A stretch of DNA of 10,056 nt from Promethearchaeota archaeon (GTDB taxonomy: Archaea; Asgardarchaeota; Lokiarchaeia; Sigyniarchaeales; SOKP01): assembly GCA_048940445.1 (NCBI GenBank), contig JBHLON010000072.1, positions 1 to 10,056 on the forward strand, read 5' to 3'. The position numbers were made by a program, and so were the translations under genes. The first letter of the stretch is position 1, and each line of letters begins with the position of its first letter. Shown in pieces: positions 7,526-10,056 of the stretch. Below the pieces are notes generated by a model that saw nothing but the letters and a program-made list of their open reading frames with translations, was not told the DNA's origin and made no database searches.

Positions 7526-7593
7526 AAATTTCCATTATTTTATTCACAAAAATCGCTATTTTAAAACTTTAAAAAAATTATTGGTCAATATAG

Positions 7594-8022
7594 ATGAGTA
7601 ATATAGATGAAATCGACAAAGTAATTTTAGAGACACTCAAAACTAACAGTAGAATATCTTATAATGAGATCTCTCAAAAAGTAGGGAAGACTGAAGCAAC
7701 AGTAAGACGAAGAGTACAAAAATTGATAGAAGATGGCATAATTACTAAATTTACTATTGATTATGATATAAAAAGTAAACCTAAAACTTTCGCAACGGTT
7801 AAGGTTATTCCAGACTTGAAGAATATTAAAGATATATTAAGGGATTTGGATACAGTGGAGGAAATAACTAGTATTTGGAGATTAAGTGGAGACTGCGGCC
7901 TTTTATTGAAAGTTGAGTTAGCATCCATTGAAGAAATCAATCCTTTAATAGAAGAAAAAATCTCACAGATTAATGGTATAAAAATTGTTGAGACCTGTTT
8001 TATTACTGATGTCATAAAATGA
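7594..8022 (+). CDS. Lrp/AsnC family transcriptional regulator
   Basis: IDEIDKVILETLKTNSRISYNEISQKVGKTEATVRRRVQKLIEDGII is the classic Lrp N-terminal HTH. C-terminal RAM-like domain (WRLSGDCGLLLKV); 142 aa. Confidence 0.95.
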   Translation: MSNIDEIDKVILETLKTNSRISYNEISQKVGKTEATVRRRVQKLIEDGIITKFTIDYDIKSKPKTFATVKVIPDLKNIKDILRDLDTVEEITSIWRLSGDCGLLLKVELASIEEINPLIEEKISQINGIKIVETCFITDVIK

Positions 8023-8024
8023 TT

Positions 8025-8999
8025 TCAAAATTGAAAAATATTTCCAGTATTATAGATTGTAGCATCTAACTCAAGATTAATTTGGCCTCCGGAAGAAATT
8101 TCTATTGCATTATTTATACCTTCCAATACTCGATTCATCATAAATTCAAATGCTCTAAAACAATCTTTGAGTTGTGTATCATTTTTCTCTGCAATACAAT
8201 TAGACATTGCAGGTATTAACGCAGGGATAAAATCTTGACTTATCATTATTTCTTCAGCATCAATCATAGTTTCCTTTGCTAACGTAAATGGAGTGAAAAC
8301 ATCCATTTTACCAAACATTACTTTACATACAAATAAAGATGCTTTAATTTCTTTCATGATAAATTTAATCCTATTTTTGTCATCTAAGAATTTCTTAAAG
8401 GTAATAGCGTTGATGATATCTTCATTTGTTATCGTCTTTGATGTATCCATAAGTTCACTAACTCTTTCAGACACCCGTTTCGTAGAAAGCATTAATTTGA
8501 GATTCATTTTGTTCCGTTTATAATAGTCGTTATAGAATCTAGAAAGAAAATTGTGTGCACCCAGTCCTTTTTGGTCTTCTGGAACATCTAGAGTATAATT
8601 CTTAGATTTAAATTTATCCATAAAGTGTTTTATAAATAAGAACTTTAACTTTAATCTATGTAATGCCAAATATAAACATACACGAGTTTTTGTATAAGCT
8701 ACTACATTTCCCATTCGAAACCTATCATGGTGGTCTCTCTCATACATTACAATTGGTTTTAATTTATTCACCACAACATCAATAAAATATTCTATTATCC
8801 TCTCTAAAGGCTCGCAATCAATAACTCTATATAATTCAATGAGCTTCTGACTCGAAGGTTGGCTTTGGGGTAGTTCCTTTATTTCATCATAATTATAATA
8901 CTCCAGAAATAAAGCTGTAAGGGCCTCCATTTCTAACACTGTACGACAAGGAATAAAAACCTTATTTAAGTCATATAAAATGGTTCCGCTTTCAGGCAT
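8025..8999 (-). CDS. Hypothetical soluble, probably alpha-helical protein (324 aa)
   Basis: 975-nt ORF in AT-rich DNA that fills the gap between lrp and the divergent intergenic region. An in-frame TAG two codons upstream fixes the ATG as the earliest start. No recognisable motif, signal peptide or TM helix. Confidence 0.85.
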   Translation of the reverse strand: MPESGTILYDLNKVFIPCRTVLEMEALTALFLEYYNYDEIKELPQSQPSSQKLIELYRVIDCEPLERIIEYFIDVVVNKLKPIVMYERDHHDRFRMGNVVAYTKTRVCLYLALHRLKLKFLFIKHFMDKFKSKNYTLDVPEDQKGLGAHNFLSRFYNDYYKRNKMNLKLMLSTKRVSERVSELMDTSKTITNEDIINAITFKKFLDDKNRIKFIMKEIKASLFVCKVMFGKMDVFTPFTLAKETMIDAEEIMISQDFIPALIPAMSNCIAEKNDTQLKDCFRAFEFMMNRVLEGINNAIEISSGGQINLELDATIYNTGNIFQF

Positions 9000-9155
9000 A
9001 ACCTATAATCTCTTTATTACTTCATTTTTTAGAAGAAAAATTGAATGGCTTTCTAAAATTTTGGCATTTTTAATATAAAAAAATATCCAATCATCAAAAT
9101 TAAAACTTTCCATGAACATTGAAGTATGAGAATATTCTTCCATATGAAAAAATCA

Positions 9156-9188
9156 AAGGAAATTTTATAAAGGATAATATCGATATTA
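9156..9188 (+). promoter_or_regulatory. Candidate BRE/TATA promoter with adjacent palindromic operator for the surface-protein gene
   Basis: Purine-rich AAGGAAA, then TTTTATAA (9163-9170), then the perfect palindrome TAATATCGATATTA (9175-9188). Confidence 0.55.
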
Positions 9189-9224
9189 AGCACATCTTAA
9201 GACAAAAATAAACTCAGAAATACC

Positions 9225-10022
9225 ATGAATCTAAAAAAGATATTACTAAAAATTTATTTATTTGTTGCATTATCAGTATGTATATTTCCCATATCAAGTG
9301 TAATCGCTATTGATTTTGACCCACCACCGATAAGTCCATATCAAGGAGCTTATTGGGGTGTGAATATAGGTGATATCTTCCGTTGGAATGCGACTGGATA
9401 CCACAATGATAACATACTAGGATCAACGGAGATTTGTTTTAAAATAAATGGTACAGATTTAACCACTGTATATGGTGATAAGTACTACTGCTTGAAAGTC
9501 AGACCAATGATATATAATAAAACACTGGGAATATTTCAAGAAGATCCACTATCTATGGGCTTAGCAAATGTATCTTTAGTTAATTTTACTTTATCCAAGA
9601 TGTATGCTACGTCCCCAGGCAGTGAACCGATTACCCTTTTCATACCCAAATTAGACAATCAACTAATGACAGATTGGTGTGCAGAAGCATCTTATTTTCA
9701 ATATAAAGGCCACTTTGATCCTGCGAAATCCCCTGGAATTTACACAACTACCAATACAATCCGCTATTATAATGAAACGTCTGGTGACTTTATAGAAATG
9801 CAATTCTGCAATGATGGATCCTTAAAGTCTTGTTATAAACAGCTATCATATTTTTATGGTTATTCTTATAATTACACTTTAGAAGTTGAGCGATTATACC
9901 CTGAATGTGAAGAAATTACAAATCCGTCACCAACAATTCCTCTTGGAATCTCCTTCTTCTTAATCCTTACAATCGCAATGGTTAGTTTACTCGTTTATAC
10001 TTTAAATAAAAAATTAAAATAG
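9225..10022 (+). CDS. Secreted, C-terminally membrane-anchored surface (glyco)protein of unknown function
   Basis: Signal peptide MNLKKILLKIYLFVALSVCIFPISSVIA; seven N-x-S/T sequons; Pro/Thr linker, then IPLG, a hydrophobic helix and a basic tail (NKKLK). Confidence 0.88.
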   Translation: MNLKKILLKIYLFVALSVCIFPISSVIAIDFDPPPISPYQGAYWGVNIGDIFRWNATGYHNDNILGSTEICFKINGTDLTTVYGDKYYCLKVRPMIYNKTLGIFQEDPLSMGLANVSLVNFTLSKMYATSPGSEPITLFIPKLDNQLMTDWCAEASYFQYKGHFDPAKSPGIYTTTNTIRYYNETSGDFIEMQFCNDGSLKSCYKQLSYFYGYSYNYTLEVERLYPECEEITNPSPTIPLGISFFLILTIAMVSLLVYTLNKKLK

Positions 10023-10040
10023 TTTTTTTTATTATTTTCT
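10023..10040 (+). terminator. Putative archaeal oligo(T) terminator
   Basis: T8 run immediately after the TAG stop, followed by ATTATTTTCT. Confidence 0.55.
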
Positions 10041-10056
10041 AAATTTGAGTCAAAAA

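Noticed and set aside
7452-8022. TGA stops of frhB and lrp as possible selenocysteine read-through
   Set aside because: Both proteins are complete at these stops, and further in-frame stops follow within a few codons.
117-8523. Short antisense ORFs in the track (117-299, 1557-1802, 1961-2143, 2322-2504, 4761-5021, 5947-6132, 7761-8015, 8293-8523)
   Set aside because: All are 60-86 aa shadows lying fully opposite longer, better-supported genes, with no motifs.
9107-9152. SECIS/K-turn-like hairpin (ATGA...GAAG-TAT-GAGA-ATA-TT-CTTC...TGA)
   Set aside because: The stem has several mismatches and lies upstream of the predicted + strand TATA. No nearby gene has an in-frame TGA at a Cys position.
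5-10053. The 9-mer TTGAGTCAA occurs near both window ends (5-13 and 10045-10053)
   Set aside because: Too short for a terminal repeat or circular overlap. The first copy is within hdrA coding sequence and no integrase or transposase is present.

Overview
AT-rich archaeal window; Asgard/Lokiarchaeia-like origin is my inference. Bases 1-7454 hold a tightly coupled + strand redox operon. It begins with a 5'-truncated tandem (two-module) HdrA-type flavoprotein, followed by MvhD/FlxD, FlxC, FlxB and FlxA in the same order as the hdrA-flxDCBA locus of sulfate-reducing bacteria. An extra FrhB/FpoF-type F420-binding subunit closes the operon. No hydrogenase or formate dehydrogenase catalytic subunit and no hdrB/C lie in the window. 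The most interesting hypothesis is a soluble flavin-based bifurcating/confurcating complex linking NAD(H), F420(H2) and ferredoxin. Downstream are an Lrp/AsnC regulator, a convergent 324-aa protein I cannot recognise, a divergent promoter region with a perfect 14-bp palindrome beside a TATA box, and a secreted, sequon-rich, C-terminally anchored surface protein. Operon junctions show embedded Shine-Dalgarno motifs that revise the flxC start and suggest a non-canonical ATA start for flxB. I saw no RNA genes, CRISPR arrays or mobile elements.
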